Positions 32,635 through 43,209 of a DNA stretch of 64,000 nt are shown here, one piece after another. The stretch is from the NCBI GenBank assembly GCA_050951325.1, contig JBMNIW010000012.1, forward strand, positions 352,001-416,000. Reading direction: 5' to 3'. The position numbers and the translations under genes were made by a program. Position 1 is the stretch's first letter, and each line of letters starts with the position of its first letter. Under the pieces are notes generated by a model that saw only the letters and a program-made list of their open reading frames with translations, did no database searches and had not been told where the DNA came from. This DNA comes from Clostridia bacterium (GTDB lineage: Bacteria; Bacillota; Clostridia; UBA1212; DUPL01).

Positions 32635-33948
32635 CTATTTCCTCTTAAATACCTTTCTTAACTTTTCTTTTATGGAGACCCATCTGGTTTCCATTTTTGT
32701 TTTTATGCTGACTGTCTCCTCGGTTTCAGTCACAACTTCTTCCTCAACAACTTCGCTTTCAGCATCTTCTTTTTCTTCTTGGATTTCATTAACCGGCGAT
32801 ATCAATTGTTTTGCTTCAATTCTCTTTCTGATATAAACATCATAGAAGAACAGCTTGAATATGGCTGCAAGAACGTCGCCGAATATAAGGCCGGGCAAGC
32901 CAAAGAGCCTTCCCCCAATACCAAGACCGGCAAGTACTAGCAAGGGACTAATCCCCATTTTGCCGCCAACAATCTTGGGTGATATAAACCAGTTATCCAC
33001 AGCTTGGATTATAAGTATGCAGATTGCTGCGGCAACTCCAAGCCAGAAGTCATACGCAAGACTAATAATTATAATCGGTATTGCTCCTATCCAGGGACCG
33101 ATATACGGAATCATGTTGGTAATACCGAATGTGACTGCAAAAAGTATTGCATAAGGCAGCCTTGCAATACTGAACGCAACATATGCAAGAATTGTGCAAA
33201 TCAGCGCTTGAAGCAGTTTTCCTGTAAAATACTTTCTGAATATCTGGTTGACCTCATGCCCTATCCATCTCAAGCGTTCTCCGGTTCTTTTTCTGAAGAG
33301 ACCATCAATTACCCTGTTTATGGCAACCAAGGTGTGTTCCTTCTCTATAAGCATATAAACTGAAACCATAATGCCCATTATAAAATTAAAAAGCAGGCTT
33401 GTTGCATTTGATACAATGGAGGTAATTAGATTTATGTTGATAGCATCCGTTGCTGACTTGAGAAGAGAATCCAGAGCATTTGTGACGCTTTTCAGGACAT
33501 CTTCGGATAATTCATATTTGGTACCGTCCAATAGGTTGTTGTAATATGCCACAACCTTGTCAATTAAAGTAGGAATCTTAACTGCGAAATCCTTAAGTGT
33601 GGTTGTAAGAGCCGGTACCAGTGTGAATATCAAAAAGCTTAGTATTCCAAAGAAGGTCATGTATGCAATAATCATGCATAATGCCTTTTTAAGTTTTTTG
33701 TTGTTGTTCAGCAAATCCTTGAACAGTTTCTTGTCCCAGAAATCTATATATGCGTTGAGTATATATGCGATAATGAACCCAAATAAAAGGTAGCCTAAAA
33801 TATATCCTATATATTGAAACACAAAAGCAAAGTTCAGCCAAAAACCTGAAAAGTCAAATATGAGTTTTCCTATCAGACTCAGGATAATGAAAAGAAAAAT
33901 AATCTTCTTAATAGTCCAATTTGATCGGTTTCTTTGCATCGGCGGCAC
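32635..33948 (-). CDS. AI-2E family transporter
   Basis: Multi-TM; NMIPYIGPWIG, Q..DN..ISPKIVG, GGRLFGLPG. Confidence 0.85.
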   Translation of the reverse strand: MPPMQRNRSNWTIKKIIFLFIILSLIGKLIFDFSGFWLNFAFVFQYIGYILGYLLFGFIIAYILNAYIDFWDKKLFKDLLNNNKKLKKALCMIIAYMTFFGILSFLIFTLVPALTTTLKDFAVKIPTLIDKVVAYYNNLLDGTKYELSEDVLKSVTNALDSLLKSATDAININLITSIVSNATSLLFNFIMGIMVSVYMLIEKEHTLVAINRVIDGLFRKRTGERLRWIGHEVNQIFRKYFTGKLLQALICTILAYVAFSIARLPYAILFAVTFGITNMIPYIGPWIGAIPIIIISLAYDFWLGVAAAICILIIQAVDNWFISPKIVGGKMGISPLLVLAGLGIGGRLFGLPGLIFGDVLAAIFKLFFYDVYIRKRIEAKQLISPVNEIQEEKEDAESEVVEEEVVTETEETVSIKTKMETRWVSIKEKLRKVFKRK

Positions 33949-34147
33949 CTTCCAATTTTTTATAATGACTTAAGTTTACCATAATTTTATACCGCAAACA
34001 ATAGTAGTCTTCTGCTTTATATTCAAAAAGCCTTGTCTTTCGTATATAGTAAAGCAATGTGAATAAACAGGAAACATAATTAATATATTGACAAAATGTG
34101 TTGTATGAATATAATTATCTTAACAATTGTTAATGGAGGTTTTAAAT

Positions 34148-35110
34148 ATGTACAAGAGGTTATTTGCGTTTTGCGTTATCTTTGTAATGATTTTTTCACT
34201 AATGGCTGCAAACGCTGCAAAGCTTTCAGACCTTGATATGTCGAAGATAGAGCTTGTGAAAGAGTCTAAAATTGATGTGGAAAGCGTGTCGGTGGGTGCG
34301 GAATTCGGTAATCCACCAGCAGGATGGACATACCAGTTTGTGCTTGGTGAACAGCCAAAGATTGCAGAAGCGGATGGAAACAAGTATATTGCTTCAAATG
34401 GCTTCTGGCAGATGTTTCATGAACCAGTAGAAGAAAAGTACTACATGTTCTCTGTTGATGTCAAGGTATCAGGGAAACAAAACTTTGGTATTTTTGCAAG
34501 AGCCGGTAAAGAGAAGTTCCAATACGAGCTTAACATGTCAGACTTCTTTGAACAGGACAGATCCGGTGAGCATGATGGCCTTCAAGCACTTGGAGGAAGT
34601 GGAATGTATGTAAGGGTTGAAGGCAAAAAAGTTACTCTGTACATAAAGCTTTATGATGAGTCTCAGAAATGCGACATTAACAACAAGCTTTATGCCTTTG
34701 AGACAAATTATGATTTTTCAACCGGATTCCATACCATTACATTGGCTGATGATGGCAAAAACGTATATGTTGCTGTAGATGATGAAATTATTGCAAGAGT
34801 CAAGTTCTCAGATCCGAAGACTTATCCAATTGGTGAAGAGCAATACTATTCCAAGGTAGTTGTTTACGGTGGCGATGGCAGTGAGCTTGGCACTCATGAC
34901 AATGCATTGTTTGCCGTTAACAGCGTTGTAGCTATTGGTAACAGAAACAGTCCAACCAATTTTGACAATATCATTCTAAGGACATACAAGGACAAAGCTG
35001 ACAACCCACAGACATCTGATTCCGGTGTTGCTTTATTTGCTTTGACGGTTGCTTTTGGTATGGCAGTGGTTGTCTTTAAAGAAGAGGGTTTTTGCATAAG
35101 CCCGAGATGA
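34148..35110 (+). CDS. Secreted beta-rich surface protein with NPQTS sortase-like signal (unrecognised family, paralog 1)
   Basis: Signal peptide; NPQTSD then hydrophobic TM; shares motifs with 47540..48556 and 51048..52100; promoter TTGACA-16-TATAAT at 34088-34115. Confidence 0.7.
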   Translation: MYKRLFAFCVIFVMIFSLMAANAAKLSDLDMSKIELVKESKIDVESVSVGAEFGNPPAGWTYQFVLGEQPKIAEADGNKYIASNGFWQMFHEPVEEKYYMFSVDVKVSGKQNFGIFARAGKEKFQYELNMSDFFEQDRSGEHDGLQALGGSGMYVRVEGKKVTLYIKLYDESQKCDINNKLYAFETNYDFSTGFHTITLADDGKNVYVAVDDEIIARVKFSDPKTYPIGEEQYYSKVVVYGGDGSELGTHDNALFAVNSVVAIGNRNSPTNFDNIILRTYKDKADNPQTSDSGVALFALTVAFGMAVVVFKEEGFCISPR

Positions 35111-35128
35111 TAAAAGGACATAACATAC

Positions 35129-35164
35129 AAAGAAGGAAGAATACAAGAGCTTCCTTCTTTTTTT
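35129..35164 (+). terminator. Intrinsic terminator
   Basis: AAAGAAGGAAG...CTTCCTTCTTT plus T-tract. Confidence 0.7.
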
Positions 35165-35237
35165 GTGTCTTTACACCGTATTGACTTTATTCCAAACCAT
35201 TAGTATACTAACGGAAACAAGCATTTGGAGGTTTTTT

Positions 35238-36947
35238 ATGCAGATGGATATTGTGCCTTATGGTATACGTAAGAAGGAGATTTTTAAAAAAACGGAAGAA
35301 GACAAGAGAGTAAGACGCTTTATGGGTGTTCAAAAGGTTCTGTGGAAGTCAGAAGGAGACAAATGTCTTGTAACAGGCGAAAAAGTATTGCTGGAAGACA
35401 GGGATCCGCAGATTAATCTTGGTCAGACAGAGGCATGTGTGCTTGAGAACAATGGAGAAACAGCGAGCATACTTCTGGACTTTGGCGTAGAGTTTCATGG
35501 ATATGTAAAGTTGTTTGTATGGTCTGTCTCACCTGAAAAGGTAAGGCTTCGTATTCGTTTTGGTGAATCCGCAATGGAGGCTATGAGTGACCTAGGTGGA
35601 GAAAAGAATGCCACCAACGACCATATTAACAGGGATCAGATAATTGAAACTGGATTTTTGAGCATGCCTGAAATTGGACCTTCTGGATTCAGATTTTGCA
35701 GAATTGATTTGATTGATCCTAATACCAAAATATCATTTAAGACAGTAAAAGGTATTTTTACTTATAGAGAACTGGAGTACAAAGGCTCGTTCAGATGCAA
35801 CGATGAAAGACTGAATGAAATCTGGGGTGTTGGAGCATACACCGTTCATCTCAACATGCAGGAATATGTATGGGATGGAATCAAGAGAGATAGACTGGTA
35901 TGGATTGGAGATATGCATCCCGAAACATCCACAATTCAGGCTGTTTTTGGATATGATGAATCTGTACCAAAGAGCCTTGACCTTGCAAGAGATGAAACTC
36001 CCCTACCCGGATTTATGAGTGGCATATCTTCATACTCTTTGTGGTGGGTTCTGATTCACCATGGCTGGTACATGCAGAATGGAGATAAAGAGTATCTTGA
36101 AGAACAGAGGGATTATTTAAAGAGTCTTTTGATTCAGTTCAGCCAATATATTGATGAAGAAGGCAGAGAACAACTGCCCCCAACAAGATTTCTTGACTGG
36201 CCATCCCATGGAAATGATGAGGCTTTCCATGCAGGACTTCATTCGCTATTGCGCTTGAGCCTGTTAAGAGGAGCCGAGCTTCTTGAAGAGCTTGGTGAAA
36301 ACGAGACCGCAGCTATGTGCAGGGAAAGAGCTGACATACTTTTGAAACATGTTCCAGATCCAAACCACAACAAGCAGGCTGCAGCTTTGATGGCTCTAGC
36401 GGACATAGCGCCTGCAGAAGAGATGAATGATAAAGTTATCAAGGTTGGAGGAGCTAGAAATCTGTCCACTTTCTTTGGCTACTATATCCTACAGGCACAG
36501 GCGTTGGCAAATGACATGGTTGGCGCTCTTGACAATATTCGTACTTATTGGGGAGGAATGCTTGACAGAGGCGCTACAACATTTTGGGAAGACTTCAATA
36601 TTGAGTGGCTTGAGGGTTCGGGAAGAATTGACGAACTTGTTCCGGAAGGAGTAAAAGACCTGCATGGTGATTTTGGAAACTTCTGCTACAAGGGATTCAG
36701 GCATAGTTTATGTCATGGATGGGCTTCAGGTCCTACTGCTTTCATGTCAGGTTATGTACTTGGAATACAAGTATTAAAACCTGGATGCGAGGAAATTAGA
36801 ATAAAGCCTGACCTTGGTGATTTGGAATGGGCGGAAGGAACCTATCCTACACCAATGGGTATTATCTGGGTAAGACATGAAAAGAATCAGGATGGCACCA
36901 TAAAGACTGAATACAAGGTTCCTGAAGGAGTCAAGGTAGTTGAGTAA
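35238..36947 (+). CDS. Alpha-L-rhamnosidase-like, GH78
   Basis: LLDFG, RFGES, WDGIKRDRLVWIGD, GATTFWE, SLCHGWASGP, PTPMG; promoter TTGACT-17-TATACT at 35181-35209; start after GGAGG. Confidence 0.88.
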   Translation: MQMDIVPYGIRKKEIFKKTEEDKRVRRFMGVQKVLWKSEGDKCLVTGEKVLLEDRDPQINLGQTEACVLENNGETASILLDFGVEFHGYVKLFVWSVSPEKVRLRIRFGESAMEAMSDLGGEKNATNDHINRDQIIETGFLSMPEIGPSGFRFCRIDLIDPNTKISFKTVKGIFTYRELEYKGSFRCNDERLNEIWGVGAYTVHLNMQEYVWDGIKRDRLVWIGDMHPETSTIQAVFGYDESVPKSLDLARDETPLPGFMSGISSYSLWWVLIHHGWYMQNGDKEYLEEQRDYLKSLLIQFSQYIDEEGREQLPPTRFLDWPSHGNDEAFHAGLHSLLRLSLLRGAELLEELGENETAAMCRERADILLKHVPDPNHNKQAAALMALADIAPAEEMNDKVIKVGGARNLSTFFGYYILQAQALANDMVGALDNIRTYWGGMLDRGATTFWEDFNIEWLEGSGRIDELVPEGVKDLHGDFGNFCYKGFRHSLCHGWASGPTAFMSGYVLGIQVLKPGCEEIRIKPDLGDLEWAEGTYPTPMGIIWVRHEKNQDGTIKTEYKVPEGVKVVE

Positions 36948-36957
36948 ATGATTTAAC

Positions 36958-36984
36958 GAGCTGTGTGTTGTAAATGCACAGCTC
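36958..36984. terminator. Bidirectional terminator
   Basis: GAGCTGTGTGTT-GTA-AATGCACAGCTC between convergent genes. Confidence 0.65.
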
Positions 36985-36991
36985 TATATTT

Positions 36992-37417
36992 TTATTTAAT
37001 TTCAGGAGGTCTTTGTCTTTTTGCCTTGTACAGTTTGTATAGATAGTGAATGGCCTGGAAGAAAAGACCGGCGAAGAACCCTATTACCACATAGGAGAAA
37101 AAGGCCATAAGACCAACAAGGTCATTCCAGCCAAAGTCATTTACGAGAAAGACTCTGAACATGTCTGCAAAACCCACCAATATGCCTAGAATGAACAACC
37201 AGAAGGCAACAAACAGCCTGAAATAATGGAAGGTGCCTGAAATAACGCCGAAGGATATTGCTGTAACTATATATGAAATCAGATTTCTTACACTTATGTT
37301 TCCATTAAGCACAACACCAAAAGCTGCAAGAAGAAATGCAAATGTAAGTATTGCAACTATAAGGCCAACAATAAGGTAGGTATAACTCCGATTTTCTCTT
37401 TCTCTTTCCCTTCCCAT
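36992..37417 (-). CDS. Hypothetical 4-TM membrane protein
   Basis: Four hydrophobic segments, GAGGTG RBS. Confidence 0.7.
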   Translation of the reverse strand: MGRERERENRSYTYLIVGLIVAILTFAFLLAAFGVVLNGNISVRNLISYIVTAISFGVISGTFHYFRLFVAFWLFILGILVGFADMFRVFLVNDFGWNDLVGLMAFFSYVVIGFFAGLFFQAIHYLYKLYKAKRQRPPEIK

Positions 37418-37515
37418 AACACACCTCTTTTTGTGATATTTTCCCCCGTAATGCGTTGTTTATTCCAACAAAAAAAGGGCTGCAATAATGCAACCCTTTT
37501 AATCTATATAAACTC

Positions 37516-37734
37516 TTAGAGTTTGTATATTGCCAAAATTGGTATGCCGGCCGATTTTGCACTTTGTCTGACTCTGTCAATGTTGTGTGGGTGAAATCTT
37601 AAACAATAACTGCAGCTTCCTGTTCTCAGGTATTTTCGTGGTGTTGCAATTATATCTGATTGAATGCCTCTTTTTGTTAGGAGGCTGTGAACCTTCACGC
37701 ATTCGTTTTGGTTCTGAAAAATTGCTATATACAT
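37516..37734 (-). CDS. DUF3343-like small protein
   Basis: YIAIF...IIATPRKY...SCSYCLRF; GGAG RBS; terminator hairpin near 37469-37500. Confidence 0.7.
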   Translation of the reverse strand: MYIAIFQNQNECVKVHSLLTKRGIQSDIIATPRKYLRTGSCSYCLRFHPHNIDRVRQSAKSAGIPILAIYKL

Positions 37735-37888
37735 ACTACATACTATACTCCTTAAAAATAGTAATCCAATATATTTTATTCAGCAGTTGATAAAAAGGTT
37801 TTGCTGCACATTTTGCATTTATTGACGATAAAATGTGCCTGTGGTAATATTATATAGAAATGCATTTATTTTTTATGGAGGGTTTTTT

Positions 37889-38236
37889 ATGGCGAAAGGC
37901 ATGAGAGGTGGCTTTGGCGGCGGGTCAAAAAAAGGTGGAGCTGGCAACATGCAAAAAATGCTTCAGCAGGCCCAGAGAATTCAAGCACAGCTTCAACAAG
38001 AAATGGAAGTATTAAGCGAAGAAACTTTTGAAATAACATCTGGTGGTGGCGCAGTAAAGGTTTTCATATCTGGTGACAAGGTTATTCAGGATATTGAAAT
38101 AATGCCTGAGATTGTTGATCCTGAGGATATAGAGATGCTGCAGGATACTATTGTTGCTGCAGTTAATGAAGCATTGTCGTTGGTTGACGAAAAACAAAGG
38201 GAAATTCAAGAGGCCTATACAGGCGGACTGATGTAG
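37889..38236 (+). CDS. YbaB/EbfC nucleoid-associated protein
   Basis: [37 protein letters not shown]; upstream of recR. Confidence 0.92.
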   Translation: MAKGMRGGFGGGSKKGGAGNMQKMLQQAQRIQAQLQQEMEVLSEETFEITSGGGAVKVFISGDKVIQDIEIMPEIVDPEDIEMLQDTIVAAVNEALSLVDEKQREIQEAYTGGLM

Positions 38237-38249
38237 ACAGGAGAAAGAA

Positions 38250-38846
38250 ATGGCTCTATACACAAGTTCTGTTGCAAGAATGATTGAAGAGTTCGAAAAG
38301 TTGCCTGGGATTGGACACAAGTCGGCTCAAAGGCTTGCTTTTTATTTATTAGGTCAAAGCAAAGAAAAAGTTGCGGCGTTTGCAAATGCGATTCTTGAGG
38401 CAAGAAACCAGCTGCAGTACTGTAGTGTCTGCATGAATATGTCCGACAAGGAGGTTTGCGACATATGCTCCAATCCTGTAAGGGATACCGGAATAATATG
38501 TGTGGTTGAAGATCCCAGAGATGTCGTTGCAATGGAAAGATCAAGAGAATTCAAAGGTCTGTATCATGTGCTTCATGGAGTCATATCACCAATGAGTGGT
38601 GTCACTGTTGATGATTTGAAAATAAAGGAACTTTTGGCAAGAATAAATGACAATACTAAAGAGATAATAGTTGCCACCAATCCGAATATCGAAGGAGAGG
38701 CGACGGCCATGTATCTGGCAAGACTTATTAAGCCTCTTAATGTAAGCGTAACACGTATCGCCCACGGAATACCTGTTGGTGGCGATTTGGAATATGCCGA
38801 CGAGGTAACATTGGCAAAAGCCCTGCAAGGCAGGAGAGAAATGTAA
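38250..38846 (+). CDS. recR: Recombination protein RecR
   Basis: [14 protein letters not shown]4 zinc finger, [26 protein letters not shown]. Confidence 0.98.
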   Translation: MALYTSSVARMIEEFEKLPGIGHKSAQRLAFYLLGQSKEKVAAFANAILEARNQLQYCSVCMNMSDKEVCDICSNPVRDTGIICVVEDPRDVVAMERSREFKGLYHVLHGVISPMSGVTVDDLKIKELLARINDNTKEIIVATNPNIEGEATAMYLARLIKPLNVSVTRIAHGIPVGGDLEYADEVTLAKALQGRREM

Positions 38847-38863
38847 TTTGAAAGGAAGTTTAT

Positions 38864-39934
38864 ATGCTCGAAAAGCTTCAAGCAACGGAAGACAGATATG
38901 AAGAAATAAACCAAAAGCTCGCGGATCCGGATATTCTTTCAGACCAGGAAGCATATTTGAAGGTGGTCAAGGAACATGCGGAACTGGAAGAGCTTGTTTC
39001 TGTATTTAGGGAGTATAAAAAGTGTGTCCAGAACAGGGATGAGGCAAAAGAACTTTTGACTCAGAATCTTGATGGCGAGTTCAAGGGGCTTGTCCAGCTG
39101 GAATACGATGAAATGTCGATTAAGGCGGAGGAACTTGAATCAAAGCTCAAGATTCTGCTTACTCCAAAGGATCCTAATGACAACAAAAACGTTATTGTAG
39201 AAATTCGAGGCGGCGCAGGTGGAGAGGAAGCTGCCTTGTTTTCAGCCGTTTTGTTTAGAATGTACACAAGATATGCCGAGCGCATGGGCTGGCATTCTGA
39301 AATAATTGACTTCAATGAAACCGGAATAGGTGGATTCAAGGAAGTCGTTTTTTCCATTGAAGGAAAAGGAGCGTACAGCAGACTCAAATTTGAAAGCGGC
39401 GTGCATAGGGTTCAGAGAGTTCCAACAACGGAAGCAAGTGGAAGAATACACACATCCACCGCTACTGTTGCCGTTTTGCCTGAAATAGATGATGTGGAAA
39501 TTGAGATAAACCCAAATGACTTGGAAATAGATACTTTCAGATCCAGTGGTGCAGGAGGACAGCATGTTAACAAAACAGAGTCCGCCATAAGAATAACACA
39601 CAAGCCCACTGGAATTGTTGTGTCCTGCCAGGATGAAAAGTCACAGCTTAAGAATAGGGAAAAGGCAATGAAGGTATTACGCTCGAAGCTTTATGAGCTT
39701 GAGATGGAGAAACAGGAAAAAGAACTTGCACAAAAAAGAAGAAGCCAGGTAGGAACAGGAGACAGAAGTGAGAGAATAAGGACGTACAACTATCCTCAAA
39801 GCAGGGTAACGGACCATCGTATTGATTTGACTTTGTATAAATTGGATGACATATTGGATGGAGATCTAGATGAGCTTATTGACGCTTTGATTACAAGTGA
39901 ACAGGCGGAGATACTGTCGGGAGGAATCGACTAA
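38864..39934 (+). CDS. prfA: Peptide chain release factor 1
   Basis: [11 protein letters not shown] (PxT), [23 protein letters not shown]. Confidence 0.98.
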   Translation: MLEKLQATEDRYEEINQKLADPDILSDQEAYLKVVKEHAELEELVSVFREYKKCVQNRDEAKELLTQNLDGEFKGLVQLEYDEMSIKAEELESKLKILLTPKDPNDNKNVIVEIRGGAGGEEAALFSAVLFRMYTRYAERMGWHSEIIDFNETGIGGFKEVVFSIEGKGAYSRLKFESGVHRVQRVPTTEASGRIHTSTATVAVLPEIDDVEIEINPNDLEIDTFRSSGAGGQHVNKTESAIRITHKPTGIVVSCQDEKSQLKNREKAMKVLRSKLYELEMEKQEKELAQKRRSQVGTGDRSERIRTYNYPQSRVTDHRIDLTLYKLDDILDGDLDELIDALITSEQAEILSGGID

Positions 39935-39937
39935 GAA

Positions 39938-40987
39938 GTGAAAACAGAAATAATTAAAGTTGATCCTGAGAATATAGATGAGAAAATAATGAAATACTGT
40001 GGGGAAAAGATAAGGGAAGGAAAACTTGTCTGTTTCCCCACTGAAACTGTCTATGGGCTTGGAGCTAATGCTTTGGATGAAAAAGCTATTGAAGGAATAT
40101 TTACAGCTAAGGGAAGACCTCAGGACAACCCACTTATAGTTCACATTGCAGGCTATGACATGCTCGATGATATTGTGAAAACAACCCAAAGGGAAGAAAT
40201 CCTTTTAAGAAAATTAAGCGATAGGTTTTGGCCAGGTCCCTTGACATTGATTGTTACAAAAGATGAGTCCATGTCCGATGTGGTAACGAGTGGACTAAAT
40301 ACTGTAGGAGTCAGATATCCCTCAAACAGTATTGCACAAACCCTTATAAATTACGCTAATGTTCCCATCGCTGCACCCAGTGCAAATATATCGGGGAAAC
40401 CAAGTCCCACAAAGGCAAGTCATGTTATTCAGGATTTGACCGGCAAGGTGGATATTATTATTGATGGAGGGCCATGTCAGGTTGGTCTTGAGTCAACGGT
40501 TTTGGATATTGTATCCTGGCCTCCAATCATACTCAGACCTGGTGCTGTTACTCAAGAGGATATCAGCGAGGTTGTTATAGAGGTTTCCGAGCATGGATGG
40601 CAGAAGGAAGTGGACAAGCCAAGGTCTCCGGGAATGAAATACAAACACTATGCTCCTAATGCAAAAATAACAATTTATAAAGGTGAGGAAAGCAAGGTAG
40701 CAAGCCGGATTAAAGAGGAGTTAAAGAATGCAAATAATTTGGGTTTGAATGCATTTGTTCTTGCATCTGAAGAAACCCTTTGTTATTATAATAAAGAAAA
40801 AGCACTGTCCTTGGGAAGTAGGTACAATCCACTGGAACAAGCTTCAAGGCTTTATGACTGTTTGAGAAAATTTGATGAACTTAAAGCAGATGTGGTTTTT
40901 GCCGAAGCAATTGAAAACAAAGGCGTGGGCGATGCCATTATGAACAGGTTGTATAGAGCCGCCGGTGGCAGGTTGATTAGTATATAG
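39938..40987 (+). CDS. sua5: L-threonylcarbamoyladenylate synthase, Sua5 type
   Basis: FPTETVYGLG, KGRPQDNPLIVH, AAPSANISG, SPGMKYKHYAP. Confidence 0.95.
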   Translation: MKTEIIKVDPENIDEKIMKYCGEKIREGKLVCFPTETVYGLGANALDEKAIEGIFTAKGRPQDNPLIVHIAGYDMLDDIVKTTQREEILLRKLSDRFWPGPLTLIVTKDESMSDVVTSGLNTVGVRYPSNSIAQTLINYANVPIAAPSANISGKPSPTKASHVIQDLTGKVDIIIDGGPCQVGLESTVLDIVSWPPIILRPGAVTQEDISEVVIEVSEHGWQKEVDKPRSPGMKYKHYAPNAKITIYKGEESKVASRIKEELKNANNLGLNAFVLASEETLCYYNKEKALSLGSRYNPLEQASRLYDCLRKFDELKADVVFAEAIENKGVGDAIMNRLYRAAGGRLISI

Positions 40988-40997
40988 AGAAAGAGGT

Positions 40998-41489
40998 TTG
41001 ATTTTGAAGATTTTGTTTGTCTGTACCGGAAATACCTGTAGAAGCTACATGGCTGAAACATTACTAAAGGAGTATATAAGAAAGGCAGAAGAAAGCGACC
41101 TTATACCCCAAAACGCCATAAAGGTGGAGTCTGCAGGTTTGTTTGTGGTGGAGGACACTGCCAATAAAAAGGCTATCAGTGTTATGGAGGAAGAGTTTGG
41201 TATAAATACCGAGACGCATAGTGCCAGGCAAATAACACGAAAGCTTATTGAAGACAGTGACTTGATACTCACTATGACTAACGGACACAAGCGGGCAATT
41301 CTTGATACATACCCTGTATACAAGGGTAAAATATATACGCTGCTTGAATATGCTTTTCCTGAAGCAACTGTTGTTGATATTCAGGACCCTTACAGAGGAG
41401 ACAGACAGGACTATATTGAAAGTGCTGTGTCTATAAACAATGCTATCAAATCCATGTTTTACAAATTGATTGAAGAACTGGAGAAGTAG
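40998..41489 (+). CDS. Low-molecular-weight protein arginine/tyrosine phosphatase (YwlE-like)
   Basis: CTGNTCRS P-loop, DPY; conserved position after sua5. Confidence 0.88.
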   Translation: MILKILFVCTGNTCRSYMAETLLKEYIRKAEESDLIPQNAIKVESAGLFVVEDTANKKAISVMEEEFGINTETHSARQITRKLIEDSDLILTMTNGHKRAILDTYPVYKGKIYTLLEYAFPEATVVDIQDPYRGDRQDYIESAVSINNAIKSMFYKLIEELEK

Positions 41490-41503
41490 CAAATCTAAAG
41501 TAA

Positions 41504-42145
<642 letters not shown>

Positions 42146-42148
42146 AAT

Positions 42149-42175
42149 ATGATACCGGGAAACCGGTATCATTTT
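42149..42175. terminator. Terminator after upp
   Basis: ATGATACCGG-GAAA-CCGGTATCAT perfect stem. Confidence 0.8.
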
Positions 42176-42312
42176 GCATTTATTTTACTTTCCTTATCAA
42201 CATGGCAGGGTGCCGTTTGTTCTGTCTTTTTCTTCAGACATAAGCCATAAATCGAGCTGGGGTTTACCACTATATCCGTCTCGTCAGTTTAATCTAACTA
42301 ATCCGCTTTTTA

Positions 42313-43209
42313 TTAATGATTCTCTATTTCAACTTCAATACTTTCAAATATATCCACTATTTCCACTATTTTCTTTTTACTGAGCTCCTTTGTATTTTTA
42401 AATCCGTATTCCTGGTTTAAGGCATCATACTTGCCGCTTCCGAGTCTGTGGAAGGGCAGTATCGAAACCTTTGTAACACCCAGATTTTTAAGGGTTGTAT
42501 ATACGGTTCTCATTACTTCAACACTATCATTCACCTGCGGGATCAGAGGGATCCTTATTCTCACATCACAGCCCTTTGTAATCAGCTTTGCCAGGTTACT
42601 TATCACTAAATCATAATCACCAAACACATAATTATCATAAACATACCTGTCTCCCTTTATGTCATAGTAAAAGGTATCGGTATAGGGTATAACCTTCAGA
42701 AATTCAGCAAAAGGAACACAGCCTGCCGTATCAATGATCACATGGATATCCTTCTCCTTGCACATTTTGCTCAGTGCTTCCACAAAATCAGATTGAAGCA
42801 AAGGCTCTCCACCCGATATTGTAACTCCACCACCGGACTCCTGCATGTATTCATAATCCTTGTAGAGAGTATCAAACACTTCATCCACGGTCATGTATCT
42901 GCCTGAAAGTTTCAAAGCTTTTGTTGTACATGTCTTTTCACACATGCCACAAAAGTCACACTTGTCAACTTCCACAACATGTTCACCATCCTTAATAGAG
43001 TGAACACCTCTTGTGCAGACAATTTCACAAAGCCTACATTTTGCACATAGATTTTTATGAAACATCAGCCTTGGCTTTTGGGATATGGTCTCGGGATTAT
43101 GACACCAGGGGCACAAAAGATTGCACCCCTGCATAAACACAGTTGTCCTTATGCCCGGACCGTCTCCTAATGAAAAATGCTGTATATTGCTTATCAAACC
43201 CTTATCCAT
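42313..43209 (-). CDS. Glycyl-radical enzyme activating enzyme (radical SAM with ferredoxin insert)
   Basis: DGPGIRTTVF, CNLLCPWC (CxxxCxxC), CAKCRLCEIVC and CDFCGMCEKTC, SGGEP. Confidence 0.95.
   Translation of the reverse strand: MDKGLISNIQHFSLGDGPGIRTTVFMQGCNLLCPWCHNPETISQKPRLMFHKNLCAKCRLCEIVCTRGVHSIKDGEHVVEVDKCDFCGMCEKTCTTKALKLSGRYMTVDEVFDTLYKDYEYMQESGGGVTISGGEPLLQSDFVEALSKMCKEKDIHVIIDTAGCVPFAEFLKVIPYTDTFYYDIKGDRYVYDNYVFGDYDLVISNLAKLITKGCDVRIRIPLIPQVNDSVEVMRTVYTTLKNLGVTKVSILPFHRLGSGKYDALNQEYGFKNTKELSKKKIVEIVDIFESIEVEIENH

Noticed and set aside
42176-42312. Minus-strand CTGACGAG resembling a hammerhead core, or a small ORF
   Set aside because: No correctly placed GAAA or stem II/III pairing; short frames lack a start and RBS
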